A stretch of DNA of 64,000 nucleotides, taken from contig JBHGNT010000001.1 of assembly GCA_043228905.1 (NCBI GenBank), positions 19,220,001-19,284,000 on the forward strand, written 5' to 3'. Positions 38,366 through 49,159 of the stretch are shown here, one piece after another (the stretch's first letter is position 1; each line of letters opens with the position of its first letter). Below the pieces are notes generated by a model. The model did not search any database. It had not been told where the DNA came from and saw only the letters and a program-made list of their open reading frames with translations. The translations under genes were made by a program, and so were the position numbers. Origin of the DNA: Azolla caroliniana. Taxonomy: Eukaryota; Plantae; Polypodiophyta.

Positions 38366-41300
38366 AGTAGTGCCCAGATTCACAAAAACATTGACAACAA
38401 TCATTACCCAATAGAAGTCGTCCGTGGCCCACACATACTTCACAAATCCAAGTGAGGGACCCACGGTAATGGAGTGGACAAGTGAAGGCCAATTACTCTT
38501 TGGAGTGAAGGGAAATTCGATCCCCCAATGCAATCAACATGACATCATATGGGCTTTTATAAGTACTCATCGCTCGGATGAAGTTCTCTAAGAATCAATG
38601 TTAGTATATGTAGTTGAGTCATAAATGTTACCCGTATAGGTGTACGGGAGGGTTAAGAGTGTAATGTATAAGGTGTCTAATGTGTAATGTTTGAGTGTGA
38701 GGAAGAGTGTGTACACATGCACATTTGGCTTTTTGTGTGCATGTGTACAAATGTGAGAGAGTGGAGTAAGTAGGTGTAACTGTTTCACCGACAGATTCCT
38801 TAGAAAGATCTTATTGGTAAGTTTTATGCCGCATATCAGGAACCACATGAAACGGTGTCACAATTTGTAATCTGATTTCAGAAGTAGTGCCCAGATTCAC
38901 AAAAACATTGACAACAATCATTACCCAATAGAAGTCGTCCGTGGCCCACACATACTTCACAAATCCAAGTGAGGGACCCACGGTAATGGAGTGGACAAGT
39001 GAAGGCCAATTACTCTTTGGAGTGAAGGGAAATTCGATCCCCCAATGCAATCAACATGACATCATATGGGCTTTTATAAGTACTCATCGCTCGGATGAAG
39101 TTCTCTAAGAATCAATGTTAGTATATGTAGTTGAGTCATAAATGTTACCCGTATAGGTGTACGGGAGGGTTAAGAGTGTAATGTATAAGGTGTCTAATGT
39201 GTAATGTTTGAGTGTGAGGAAGAGTGTGTACACATGCACATTTGGCTTTTTGTGTGCATGTGTACAAATGTGAGAGAGTGGAGTAAGTAGGTGTAACTGT
39301 TTCACCGACAGATTCCTTAGAAAGATCTTATTGGTAAGTTTTATGCCGCATATCAGGAACCACATGAAACGGTGTCACAATTTGTAATCTGATTTCAGAA
39401 GTAGTGCCCAGATTCACAAAAACATTGACAACAATCATTACCCAATAGAAGTCGTCCGTGGCCCACACATACTTCACAAATCCAAGTGAGGGACCCACGG
39501 TAATGGAGTGGACAAGTGAAGGCCAATTACTCTTTGGAGTGAAGGGAAATTCGATCCCCCAATGCAATCAACATGACATCATATGGGCTTTTATAAGTAC
39601 TCATCGCTCGGATGAAGTTCTCTAAGAATCAATGTTAGTATATGTAGTTGAGTCATAAATGTTACCCGTATAGGTGTACGGGAGGGTTAAGAGTGTAATG
39701 TATAAGGTGTCTAATGTGTAATGTTTGAGTGTGAGGAAGAGTGTGTACACATGCACATTTGGCTTTTTGTGTGCATGTGTACAAATGTGAGAGAGTGGAG
39801 TAAGTAGGTGTAACTGTTTCACCGACAGATTCCTTAGAAAGATCTTATTGGTAAGTTTTATGCCGCATATCAGGAACCACATGAAACGGTGTCACAATTT
39901 GTAATCTGATTTCAGAAGTAGTGCCCAGATTCACAAAAACATTGACAACAATCATTACCCAATAGAAGTCGTCCGTGGCCCACACATACTTCACAAATCC
40001 AAGTGAGGGACCCACGGTAATGGAGTGGACAAGTGAAGGCCAATTACTCTTTGGAGTGAAGGGAAATTCGATCCCCCAATGCAATCAACATGACATCATA
40101 TGGGCTTTTATAAGTACTCATCGCTCGGATGAAGTTCTCTAAGAATCAATGTTAGTATATGTAGTTGAGTCATAAATGTTACCCGTATAGGTGTACGGGA
40201 GGGTTAAGAGTGTAATGTATAAGGTGTCTAATGTGTAATGTTTGAGTGTGAGGAAGAGTGTGTACACATGCACATTTGGCTTTTTGTGTGCATGTGTACA
40301 AATGTGAGAGAGTGGAGTAAGTAGGTGTAACTGTTTCACCGACAGATTCCTTAGAAAGATCTTATTGGTAAGTTTTATGCCGCATATCAGGAACCACATG
40401 AAACGGTGTCACAATTTGTAATCTGATTTCAGAAGTAGTGCCCAGATTCACAAAAACATTGACAACAATCATTACCCAATAGAAGTCGTCCGTGGCCCAC
40501 ACATACTTCACAAATCCAAGTGAGGGACCCACGGTAATGGAGTGGACAAGTGAAGGCCAATTACTCTTTGGAGTGAAGGGAAATTCGATCCCCCAATGCA
40601 ATCAACATGACATCATATGGGCTTTTATAAGTACTCATCGCTCGGATGAAGTTCTCTAAGAATCAATGTTAGTATATGTAGTTGAGTCATAAATGTTACC
40701 CGTATAGGTGTACGGGAGGGTTAAGAGTGTAATGTATAAGGTGTCTAATGTGTAATGTTTGAGTGTGAGGAAGAGTGTGTACACATGCACATTTGGCTTT
40801 TTGTGTGCATGTGTACAAATGTGAGAGAGTGGAGTAAGTAGGTGTAACTGTTTCACCGACAGATTCCTTAGAAAGATCTTATTGGTAAGTTTTATGCCGC
40901 ATATCAGGAACCACATGAAACGGTGTCACAATTTGTAATCTGATTTCAGAAGTAGTGCCCAGATTCACAAAAACATTGACAACAATCATTACCCAATAGA
41001 AGTCGTCCGTGGCCCACACATACTTCACAAATCCAAGTGAGGGACCCACGGTAATGGAGTGGACAAGTGAAGGCCAATTACTCTTTGGAGTGAAGGGAAA
41101 TTCGATCCCCCAATGCAATCAACATGACATCATATGGGCTTTTATAAGTACTCATCGCTCGGATGAAGTTCTCTAAGAATCAATGTTAGTATATGTAGTT
41201 GAGTCATAAATGTTACCCGTATAGGTGTACGGGAGGGTTAAGAGTGTAATGTATAAGGTGTCTAATGTGTAATGTTTGAGTGTGAGGAAGAGTGTGTACA

Positions 41301-41366
41301 CATGCACATTTGGCTTTTTGTGTGCATGTGTACAAATGTGAGAGAGTGGAGTAAGTAGGTGTAACT
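38261..41366. repeat. Tandem array of six apparently identical 517-bp units
   Basis: Units start at 38261, 38778, 39295, 39812, 40329 and 40846. Identical ORF translations recur at a 517-bp period. AACT sits at the junctions. Confidence 0.97.
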
Positions 41367-41589
41367 ACCCCCATTTGGCTTTTTGTATTGTCTTGTAACA
41401 GTCAGACTTTGTATTATATAAACCTCACCCTTGGGCCATGAAAAAAAGAAGAATAGTGAGTTACCCTTCAATAGTGTGTCTCCCTCTCATTCTGTGTGTG
41501 TCTCTCTCCCTCTCTCCCCACACTCAACCCCCTTGGGAGGGGACGTGGAGCTGTTCTTGGCTACACCCCCCACCCATAAACACTAGCAC

Positions 41590-42082
41590 ACCTAGTGGGA
41601 CAGCCGACACAAGGGGTCGAACAACTTAATCACTAGTCATCCTATCAAAAGATTGTGGTAGGAGATGAATGTTTGCCGACTATGAGAATTACTAACTCAG
41701 AACATTACACAGACATTACTTACTCAGACTTAATCAATGTATGTACGAAACACGAACTTGATCGACTAATAATGATGTATATATAATCTGCGTAATAGAG
41801 AAACACAACATCCAACACAACATATACTCTAACTACCAAAATTATATCACTAGTCAAAACAAATCGATGTTGATAAATGCTCTCGGTCCCTTTTTATAGG
41901 CGACCTAAGAGACTTTTCCAAGATAATACATTGCATGTTCGGCAAGAAGGCACAGTTACACTAATTGTTCTATTTTCTACTTGGCAAAATAAAATATCAA
42001 GTACTATCTTTTCACACTCGTCTGGCTCTGACTCCGACTCCCCTTGTCGACCTTTACACTTCAGGTAGCCAACCGGCTAATA
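41590..42082 (-). repeat. Degenerate or solo LTR of the H/I Gypsy family
   Basis: Minus strand starts TATTAGCCGGTT like 37277 and contains CCTATAAAAAGGGACCGAGAGCATT like the I and H LTRs. Confidence 0.65.
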
Positions 42083-42479
42083 ATAAATGATATCTTGTGT
42101 CCGTTGATTGCAAGATAAAAGGTTATTGTCACTTGAGTGGTCTAGCGTACACAAGTGGTTCATTTAACAACATTGATACATGAACATACATGTGCAACTT
42201 AAGGGTAGTGATAGGTGATCTTAGAAAATCATCACAACCTATATTTTGAGATGGGTTGATTGTCAACGTCTTTGAGCAAGCATCTTTGCAATTAAGGGGT
42301 GGAAGGTGAGGAACATTTTGTTTGAATGGTATAGGCTCAAGTTACCTGCAGACACCCCTAATGCAAGAAGACAAATATAGTGCTTAAACATGACTTGTGT
42401 GAGGGTTCCATTTGAGATATTTGTATAACATTTAAAGGGACCCTTCAAAGATCTATTATCAAGAATGGCACTTGGCATC

Positions 42480-43680
42480 GTATGATGCCTTCGCAAAGCT
42501 CTCCAGCTCGCGAACTAATTCCACCTTCATCATGTACTGATAATGATGCGCCATGTCCTCATTATACCCGTATCAGATTATGGGGTTCTTGTGGCGTGTC
42601 GATCGACGCAATTTCTCATTGGTTGAATCTGACCTTATCTTAGGAGGACCATCGTCACTACTCAATGGACACCATCGGATTCGCTCCGATCCAATGTGCT
42701 CCCTTCATTGTCGTATCCTGGCATCTTTCTCCCCCTTTTATAAAGGAAAAGAGACACCTATTTCGGTATTAAATGTGTTTATTATTCCCTTGTCTCAAAA
42801 AGCAAGGAGAATAAAATGCCCCCGAATTACCACTTCTCTTTTTATATATACATATCCTTCTGTAATGTGTGGAACATGACTTTATCTCGTTTTCCTCCTT
42901 TGAACTTGCCACATCATGACAACGTATCCAAACAAGATTATGAGCACCTTGAAGGTCTAGCTTTGTAAAAACATAGGCTATGCGGGCAAGTGATTACTAT
43001 GTGTACTAGAGCACCACAATACAAAAATAGAATATTTGCTCAACATCATTGCTTCTCAACTTCAGACAAAGGTTCTTGACGACATGTTACGTCGATCTCC
43101 ATCGGACTTGGACCACCGAATGGAATCATGTCTGAAGTTTGGGTCATGTTTGTAGGTGTTGAGGCTACTATCAAAGCCTATGCTTGACCTTCAATCTATC
43201 CTTCATCGTAACATTAGTCGACACTCTGAACGTCGCTTGAAGAAGCAGTTGTCACACCGCATTGCACAACTTATCACTTTTGTAAACGATCTTGTATCTT
43301 CATGGGAAGTTAATAACAAATCCTTTATATAATTTCTTAGTCCATAGCAAAATTGGTCCATTAATGCTTCTTGATCCCACGGAATATCACAAGCTAGGAG
43401 GCAAATATCAATAGCGTAGGCTAAGGCAGGACATCCCCTTCATGTAGTAGTCTTCGAATTTTGTTGATTGTTGTTCTAACACTATTAATGTCTCCATAGA
43501 GCTTGCTTGAAATTCTTTGATGATACCTTCGAAGCCTTGGAGATTCGACAGACGATTAGTTTCTGCCACTACTTCCATCATCAACCATTGTTCTTGGTGC
43601 ATCCTTTCAAGCATCACCATTATGACAATTGCTTCAACTTGATTCACCATCTCCGTACCATCCATTTCATGTTGGGTTCA
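42480..43680 (-). pseudogene. Highly degenerate chromovirus-type Gypsy remnant (gag and fragments)
   Basis: Minus-strand translation LACDIPWDQEALMDQFCYGLRNYIKDLLL near 43310-43400, typical of retrotransposon gag. Confidence 0.5.
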
Positions 43681-44826
43681 GTAATGTCCTAACTTAGAGG
43701 TCTAGATCCATGTGTGATCAAGTGGAACAACCAAGAGATGGTTTAATTATTTTGTGGAGAAGAGTTAGTAAGATGATTGAAGAGTGAGTGATTTATAAGT
43801 TAATTCATGGATTGAGCTAGTATTAGTAGAATTAGGAACTTAATTAGAACATAAGTCTGAACTATTTAAATGTCAAGATTACATAAAGTTTAGACTCGAT
43901 TTGAGTCATATGGATAGTGCAATGTGTTTTCTATCTATGTGATAAAAAGGACACATATCCTACATGAGCTTTCTATTTGTGAGAAAAAAAAGCTATATAG
44001 TTATTAAATGTTGCCTCTACATTTCGCATTTGCAAGTTCGATTATCTTTTTGCATACATTCATACATACATACATACATACATACATATGTATGTATGCA
44101 CATATTAAGATTAGTTTCAAGTGAACATGGAGTGATCTAATGATTTACTAACTACACCACTCCTCTTCATTGCAAGAAATCTGGTGAGAGGACCTTGGGG
44201 CTACGCAACAAAGAGCATAAAGGAGGAGATGGAGTTCCCACAAATTGTCCATTACAAGGAAGGATCTTCATAAGTCTACGAGATGATGTGATGTTAATAA
44301 AATAGGCCAAATGACTTATTTGTTCAAAGGAAGAAAAAAGAGGGATGGTATTTTTTATTACGACAATACAGCCTACATATATAGTAATGAATTGTTTCAC
44401 AAATTATTCTCAGCAGCCTTTAACAGCTGCCAATTCTCATGTAACCATAAATAAACTACATTTTGACATGACAATTGACAACCAACAAAAAATGAAAAAG
44501 CATATACAGACTATCCTACTCTTGCAACATTGGTAAAGAAAAAGATAACAGGCCAGATGCAGTTTAGTTTCTGATCAATACCTTTACATCATAAAGTAAG
44601 TAACTAGCATTAAGTTAGTTAAGCAATCTTTCCTGTCAAATTTAACATCTAGATTTGCGTAATAGAACACAAAGCACATATTTAACATATGCAACAGAGA
44701 GCTCATCCATTAAAAAAATGGTACTACATCAAAATTTAATCATAATCAGCTGTAACTAAGATCAAAACCACAGTTTAAAAAATGACTGCATGACGAAATG
44801 AAGCACCCTATTTTAAGGTTGCACAG

Positions 44827-46866
44827 CTACTTTGAGAAAGGTAACTTTAGCATCTCTTTCTTACTCTTGCACTCTTTCTGCATAAGCTTCAATCTTCCTT
44901 TGTATACTTCTAGCTCTTTCATGTGAATTTCACGCCATTCCTCGTGAAACTGTTTCTCACTATCCAGATTTAAGTTCATGAAGTCTAGGTTTTCAAACGG
45001 CATGGAATAAAGACTTCCATTATATCTTGAATTCAAACCATTTCTAATAGCCTTGAGAAGTTGATTTGTCACTTCTTTCATGTAGCTCTCAACCATGGCT
45101 ATTGTTTTATTTTGCCACTCCTTGAACTCTTTTGAAGACTCCTGAAGATCCAAGACTGAGGCTTTGATTTCATCTTGCATAACTCTCTGGAAATCAGAGA
45201 GAGAGTTGGCTCCAACATTCTTCACTGCCTTTCCATCCACTTCCATTAGTCTGCCCAAGAATGTTCTCTCTTTCAAATCCATTTCGTTTTTGCTTCGTTT
45301 AACAGAGTCTTCCTCAGACTCATCATTACTTCCACCAGTTTCCACATTCTCACAAAAATTATCCTTCAGTTCATAGACTATATCCTTATTCTGATCTACC
45401 GTTACTGGGGTGATAATATTGCTAGCGAGATTTTCATGTGTTATCTTGCTTTTCTTTCGTGGACTTGGAGATGGCTTAGATTTCCTATTTTTCCCTTCAG
45501 CATCTTCATTTATCAATTTCAACTTCGACTTTTTATTTTTTCCTTCATCTTCTACTTTTATCATGGATTTAGTTTTACTTGATTCATCTTCTCCGTTATC
45601 CATATTTACCATACTTTTGGTTTCTTTACCATCAGCACCTCCATTATCCATTTTCACCTTTGATTTAGATTCTCTATTATCAGCATATATGGAATCAACA
45701 TGACCCCATATTTGTTCCCAGAGGCCAAAAAGCTCTTCATCACTCTTATTCCGAAATTTGAATGGTTTCTCTGAATCTCTCACTTTTTCAGCCATAGTAG
45801 TAAATCTTGTCTTCATTCTCTTTGACTTCTCATATATTTGATCTTTGCTCCATCCTCCTACTAATCTTCCTTCAAGTTTTTTCGACAAATTGTCCCAACA
45901 AGCTTCATTTTTCTTAGTTGAAAAATTCATTCCTTTTCTAATTGACTTGACAATTTCCGTTGACATTAAGATCTCATCTGTCGGTGTCCATAGCTTAGGC
46001 TTTCCTGAAGAAAACAACTCCTTCTCGTGATTCTTCTCGTTTTTATCATCTTTCTTTCCTTCCTTCTTATTCTCATTTCTACCTTTCTCGACCTTTTCAA
46101 CTTTCTCCAATCTTTCTCCTTCAGTACCTGTCTTGGCTGAATCATTTTCTAACATTTTGACCTTCTTGAGTTCTGATTTCTTCTCATTTTTCTCTTCTAC
46201 GTTGCTCATACCCTTGGGATTCTCATCAATCTTAACATTCCTTTTTCCATTGATTTTCTTCTTCAGCTTCGGACTATCATCAGTCTTTCCAGTTCTTTCT
46301 CCACCCATTTCCATCTTCAACTTCTTTAAGGATCCTTTACCTTCCACCTCAGTAGTCTCTTTTGGTCTCTTGAAAGACTCCACCTTCCTTCCTATCAATA
46401 TCGAACTATCTTCTAAGTTCTGTTCTTGTTGCTTATATGAGACTTTTTGAGGTGTTCGCTCGGCATCTTCTACAGGTTTTCGAGGCAAAAGAATGAATTC
46501 GTCAGAGGAGATGCGAATCTTACCTTGCGAGGACATGTTCGTTGTAGTAACAGTAACAACATCAGATTCAATTTCAGATTCTTCTTCTTCTTCTTCTTCT
46601 TCTTCTTCTTCTTCTTCTTCAGTTTCCATTACCTTCTTAGGATCAGATTCAGACTTTTCTTTTCCTTCTTCGCATTTCTCCTCTTCCTCATCAGATTCTT
46701 CTTCTTCGGATTCTTCTTTTCGCCGAGCGATCTTATTAGATAGGGGGAAGGTTTCTTCCTGCATATCCTCGTCGTTGGTTTCTCCAGAGGAATCAGAACC
46801 AGAACCAGAACCAGAAGTGAAAGAAGAGGAAAGCGCTCGCGACATGTGTTTGCTATATGCGTCCAT
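44827..46866 (-). CDS. GeBP/STOREKEEPER-like (DUF573) DNA-binding protein, 679 aa, single exon
   Basis: Intact ORF with acidic N-terminus. KLWTPTDEILM...WSKDQIYEKSKRMKTRF...FKFRNKSDEELFGLWEQIWG and C-terminal EEWREIHMKELEVYKGRLKL resemble GeBP conserved blocks (recognised from memory, not searched). Confidence 0.75.
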   Translation of the reverse strand: MDAYSKHMSRALSSSFTSGSGSGSDSSGETNDEDMQEETFPLSNKIARRKEESEEEESDEEEEKCEEGKEKSESDPKKVMETEEEEEEEEEEEEEESEIESDVVTVTTTNMSSQGKIRISSDEFILLPRKPVEDAERTPQKVSYKQQEQNLEDSSILIGRKVESFKRPKETTEVEGKGSLKKLKMEMGGERTGKTDDSPKLKKKINGKRNVKIDENPKGMSNVEEKNEKKSELKKVKMLENDSAKTGTEGERLEKVEKVEKGRNENKKEGKKDDKNEKNHEKELFSSGKPKLWTPTDEILMSTEIVKSIRKGMNFSTKKNEACWDNLSKKLEGRLVGGWSKDQIYEKSKRMKTRFTTMAEKVRDSEKPFKFRNKSDEELFGLWEQIWGHVDSIYADNRESKSKVKMDNGGADGKETKSMVNMDNGEDESSKTKSMIKVEDEGKNKKSKLKLINEDAEGKNRKSKPSPSPRKKSKITHENLASNIITPVTVDQNKDIVYELKDNFCENVETGGSNDESEEDSVKRSKNEMDLKERTFLGRLMEVDGKAVKNVGANSLSDFQRVMQDEIKASVLDLQESSKEFKEWQNKTIAMVESYMKEVTNQLLKAIRNGLNSRYNGSLYSMPFENLDFMNLNLDSEKQFHEEWREIHMKELEVYKGRLKLMQKECKSKKEMLKLPFSK

Positions 46867-47720
46867 GAGTCGAAGAGAGGAAGGACATCTCTACGAAGAA
46901 ACCCTACCCACCCTATCTATCTATCTATCCATCTATCTATCTCCTCCTGAGTTAGGAGAAAGAGAACTATTATGTATGTATGTACATAATAATTCTTGTC
47001 TCTTTCCATGTCAAACTAGGAGAGGATACCAAAACCCCAATAACAAATCACTTTGTTTTTTCCAACGGAGTGTTCGTAGTAATCGCCCCCTACTTTATGG
47101 GGTCTTGAAACGCACACAAAACACGATTGGGACATCGAAATTTAGGGACACCAAACAGGATTTATATATATTACATCCAAGAGAAAAGCTTACAATACCC
47201 CAAATTTGGGACAAACCAAAAAAACAAGGGTTGGCATGATTCAAGACTCAATCGAGACTCAGCCGAGACAAGTTGGGACAACTCCCAAAACTATGTAGGG
47301 ACAAAAGAGAGAGCTTCAATATTTACAAAAGGTGATAGTAGAACTAAATGGTCGTGTGAATCATGAAAATGAGGAGAATCTCCTCCATATGTTGGCCAAG
47401 AGGTGATTGTTGGGCTACCCCTTTGGGATGGCTAGTCGTTAGGCCAAGAGGTGGTTGTTGGGCTACACTTTGTGATAGTCAGCCAGTAGCCAGAGGTGGT
47501 TGTTGCGCTACCCTTTAGCTAGTCATTGGAACTGGCACGTTGGGACTATCCCAACTCTGTTTACGATTGCTTGGGTCCATCCCAACATAAACCCTACTAG
47601 GGACTGTCCCAACTCTGTTTCTGATTGCTTGGTTCTATCCCAACCTAAACCCTACTTGCATCTGTCCCAACTTTGTTTGGGATTGCTTGGATGTCTGTAG
47701 CAGAGGTTCTCAACCCTCGC

Positions 47721-48157
47721 GCTCTGATACCATGTAAACGTGAGTGTTTGCGGAAGCGTAAAACAGAGAACAACGCACAGAGAGAGAGACAGAGAGAGAG
47801 ACAGAGAGAGACAGAGAGAGCAGAACACAATTTCAAAATTATTTCAAGACTCTGTATACACACTGTGCTAAGTAGCACTATTTATACAAGTCCTCTTGGG
47901 ACTGACAGAAGTACCATGTACTTCAATGCTCACACGAGCATCTGACACTTACTACGAGACTATAGCTACCTAGTAGTCTAGTAGTCTATCCTATACTAGG
48001 CTTCCGATTGGACTTCCAGTTACGGATTGCACCCAGCCTCCACTGCTTGCCGGTTCGGTTGCTCACCGTCATACCGATCTGTTTCGCCCGATCCGTCTCG
48101 CTTACCGGCTCTGGCTTATTCAGCCGATCCGGCTCCGGTTGAGCTTGCCGCTCAACA
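47721..48157 (-). mobile_element. Truncated LTR element N: 5' LTR (47733-48157) plus tRNA-iMet PBS
   Basis: Minus strand TGTTGA...TTTACA is followed directly by TGGTATCAGAGC. CT-rich tract inside. Interrupts the LINE endonuclease frame. Confidence 0.7.
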
Positions 48158-49092
48158 CTACTAAAAAAAGTATGGTAGATACCTTCAAAATCTCCTCTAG
48201 ATGGCCAGGGTGTGTCCAAACTACACCGTTACAATTCCATAAAGTCATCCTAAGTTTATTGTCTGTCACATGGGCCACACGCCATCAATTGGCGGCGCGA
48301 TCATTTATTATCACACGTCCGTCTCGGTGAAAAGCACGATGCCCCTCTTTACGAGCTTGTATGACTTGTGGCATACACGTTTTACGATGCTCAATTTCCA
48401 TCTTGGTCAGGCCTTCATCGAGGTAGATAGGGTCCCTGCCCAATCCTCGAAGAATTGGTCTCTTTTAAAAAGGTGTCACGTCCTACCCTCCAAGTTTTAG
48501 TGATTGGAAAGGCTTTGTACCCCAACTTTTTCCCTAATGTTTGTGCATCTTCGTTAGGAGATGCCCCTTTCTTGAGCCCAATAACTCGTACATTTAGGCG
48601 TCAAGCTTGATGCATTTTTTCCTCCTCAAGGGTAGTGTTTACAATATTTTCATCCTTTAGTTCCGTTTTAATATTACGTTTTACTACATCAACCTACCCA
48701 GATTTTGCTAATTCCATATCGCTTTTATCCTCTTCCTTAACCTTTTTTATCTCATCCTTAATATCCTCTAGGGAAGATATTTCACCATCTTCCCTAGATG
48801 TCTCAAGGTCCTTAACTTTAATATCCTCTAGGGAAGATATTTCACCATCTTCCCTAGATGTGTCAAGGTCCTTAACTTGTTTTTGAAGGTTCGTGTTGTC
48901 TACTTTAAGTTTTGTTATTTCAGCAATAAGCACTTCTTTTTCTTCCTTATCTTTTTGTTTTTCAGCTTCAATCTCTTTTGCCCATTTCTCTATTTTAACT
49001 AAACGGTTAAGGACATCTAAAAATTCTTCCTTACTTATAATTTCTTCATGTGTTTCCTTATGGTTTCGTCTAGAAGTCATGTTGTAAATCAA
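48158..49092 (-). mobile_element. LINE (L1-like) remnant: ORF1 and start of the ORF2 endonuclease
   Basis: Coiled coil then RLNVRVIGL and ARKEGHRAFHRDGRVII (ORF1-like), followed by MTLWNCNG (APE N-terminal motif). In-frame 60-bp duplication at ~48758-48877. Confidence 0.65.
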
Positions 49093-49159
49093 AAGATAAA
49101 AGAAAGAAAAGACAAAGAGAATAGAAAAAACTTAGTCGAGCATCGATGCCTTGCACACT

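Noticed and set aside
38261-41366. CRISPR array or repeated small genes
   Set aside because: Units are 517 bp and identical, with no unique spacers or cas genes. The repeated 79-aa and 86-aa ORFs are antisense by-products.
37277-42082. Second double-U3 insertion (inverted LTR starts at 37277 and 42082)
   Set aside because: Flanks GAATC and ATAAA are not a TSD and lie in unrelated sequence; better explained as independent insertions.
48156-48170. CACTA transposon terminus (CACTACTAAAAAAA)
   Set aside because: It is formed by the LTR-terminal CA joined to LINE endonuclease sequence; no partner TIR or transposase seen.
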